DNA of 64,000 nt from Takakia lepidozioides. Lineage: Eukaryota > Plantae > Bryophyta. Positions 62,401 through 64,000 of this stretch are shown here, one piece after another. Numbering within the stretch: the first letter of the stretch is position 1; the number at the start of each line of letters is the position of its first letter. The position numbers were made by a program, and so were the translations under genes. Location: positions 34,286,001 to 34,350,000 of the forward strand of contig CM060732.1 of the NCBI GenBank assembly GCA_030704615.1. The letters are read 5' to 3'. A model generated the notes under the pieces. That model ran no database searches. It saw only the letters and a program-made list of their open reading frames with translations, and was not told where the DNA came from.

Positions 62401-63079
62401 GATAATGCGGGGTTGGGTACTTCCCATGGCCCCGATGTGGGTCTTTCCCTCAAGAGATCAAAGGTGACTCCCCCGGCGCCTCCGCCGGCAAAGAGAACCC
62501 GTCTGGAACTCTCCCCGGCTTCGATAAACCCAAGGGTCTATCTGCTGTCTTCTCCCTCACAGGGTGCGCAAATCATCTCGGATGACATTCCAGCTTTGTT
62601 CCTCATCACCTCGCCGAGTGGAAGACAGAGTCTGGCTGCCTCCTGCCTCCAGCTCAGGTATTTCGCGGACGTGGAATTACAGGATGCTTCGTACCTCGTG
62701 GGAGGACAGTCGATGGCCATTAATATCTCCCCAATTATTTTTGAGTTCCCAGAAAGATCCCCGTCCATTCTGCTCTCTGGAAACAACAAAATTGCCTCGG
62801 CATGGATCACGAAGAAGGATATTCTCTCAGTGACCTTGGGGACGGAGCTTGAGCTCATTTTTAGCAAGATCCGCGAGATCTTTGCTTCATCTTTTCCACT
62901 ATTTGATCTTTCATCTAAGTTTGCTGTTTATTTTGGCTCCAGGATTCACCAATCAGCTTCCAATAAGAAACTGTTTTTCGTGCAAGTTCTTCATCTTCTA
63001 AGGTTATCTGATATGTCCAACTTGCAGCCAGCAGAAGTGGGTACATAAGTGGATATATGGAAGCTCGGTTCTTGTGGAA

Positions 63080-63480
63080 CTCAGGAACTCTCACAGGGAT
63101 ATTTGAGTGATGATACAACTCTAATAATGAGACATGGAAGATTGGATGGATGCGCATACTAGTGCATCAGGTAGGCCCTTTCTGGAGGCAACCTATGAAG
63201 CAGGCAAAACCCTATTGGAGGCTTTCCGCTCATCGCAAAAATACGCTCGCAATAGCGAAAAATCGGCCCCATCGGATGACCTGGCTGTAGTCCCTACTCT
63301 AGATGCAGACAATACTTCATTCTGCTTGGCCCCCTTGGATCTTGCTATCCCGTCCCCCATCGCTACTTCTCGATGTGCGCAACGAAGGAGACAACAACTT
63401 TTCACTAGCTTTGATAACGCCTGGGGAAAATGGACCATCATCTACACAAGGACATCATACTCATTGATTGTCTAGAACGA
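63080..63480 (-). mobile_element. Gypsy integrase C-terminal remnant
   Basis: MRIHPIFHVSLLE (IHPVFHVSxL motif); extent approximate. Confidence 0.6.
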
Positions 63481-63885
63481 CAGCATGCCGCCATGTTGGC
63501 AGCTCCACTAGCGCCCATGTACATAACTACATACTACTTATAATTGTCTACTATCTATGGAGCAGGAAGAATCAGATAGGAATTGGAGGCATAAGAGAAC
63601 CTCCAAAAAAGGCAAATCCACATCTCACCTCTCTTTTGATTCCTCTGGACGCACAATCAATGAGCCTCTGTAGTCTTGTATTGCTGCTATGGACCTACTC
63701 ATCCTTAGTCTCCTGCAGCGTCTCTCAGATTTGGGCACGGGGCTGTGTCTCCTTTATCATCCTTACGGTTGTTTTCTCCCGAGGTTATTTTTTTCTCAGT
63801 TTTATTAATAAAATTTGTCAGGGCTCAAAAATATATATATATATTTAATAGCAATTACCAATTCAATGGGTCAAGAGTCAAGAGG

Positions 63886-63958
63886 AACGTGTATGCCATA
63901 TGCGCCAGCATGGTGGGTGCACGCCAAGTACTTGACAAAATGCCTCAACGGGATGCGT
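63886..63958 (+). pseudogene. Single PPR S-motif fragment
   Basis: NVYAICASMVGARQVLDKMPQRDA. Confidence 0.6.
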
Positions 63959-64000
63959 ATACAATTTGTTCTTCAGCATAGTTTTTCTATCGAATTTTTC

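Noticed and set aside
62386-63048. 220-aa ORF as a host gene
   Set aside because: No recognisable domain, non-ATG start, sandwiched between LINE and gypsy remnants.

Overview
Eukaryotic, TE-dense plant DNA. PLS/E-class PPR fragments, OSB, MIRO and REF6/ELF6-like exons and GT-AG introns suggest a non-seed land plant such as a bryophyte (inference). Only one intact host gene is evident: a 5-exon PIP-family (PCBER/isoflavone-reductase-like) NmrA reductase at 48368-51041 (+). The left half is a nested mobile-element stack. It contains a decayed C5 cytosine methyltransferase next to a Ty3/gypsy integrase that ends in a PHD finger, and a complete 13.66-kb gypsy element (6235-19893, GTGGT TSD) with extra ORFs on both sides of gag-pol. 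Around that element lies a ~10-kb segment bracketed by inverted TGTGATGGACTAGTGGC repeats. That segment carries the most unusual item: a spliced, now disabled gene fusing a ParB/Srx-like domain to a beta-class N4C/N6A amino-methyltransferase-like domain, plus a kinase pseudogene. The right half is a duplicated mosaic of captured gene fragments (PPR, JmjC, MIRO, OSB PDF motifs) with L1-like LINEs, a deleted chromovirus, SINE-like copies and a MITE-like element. All assignments come from manual motif reading; no searches were run.
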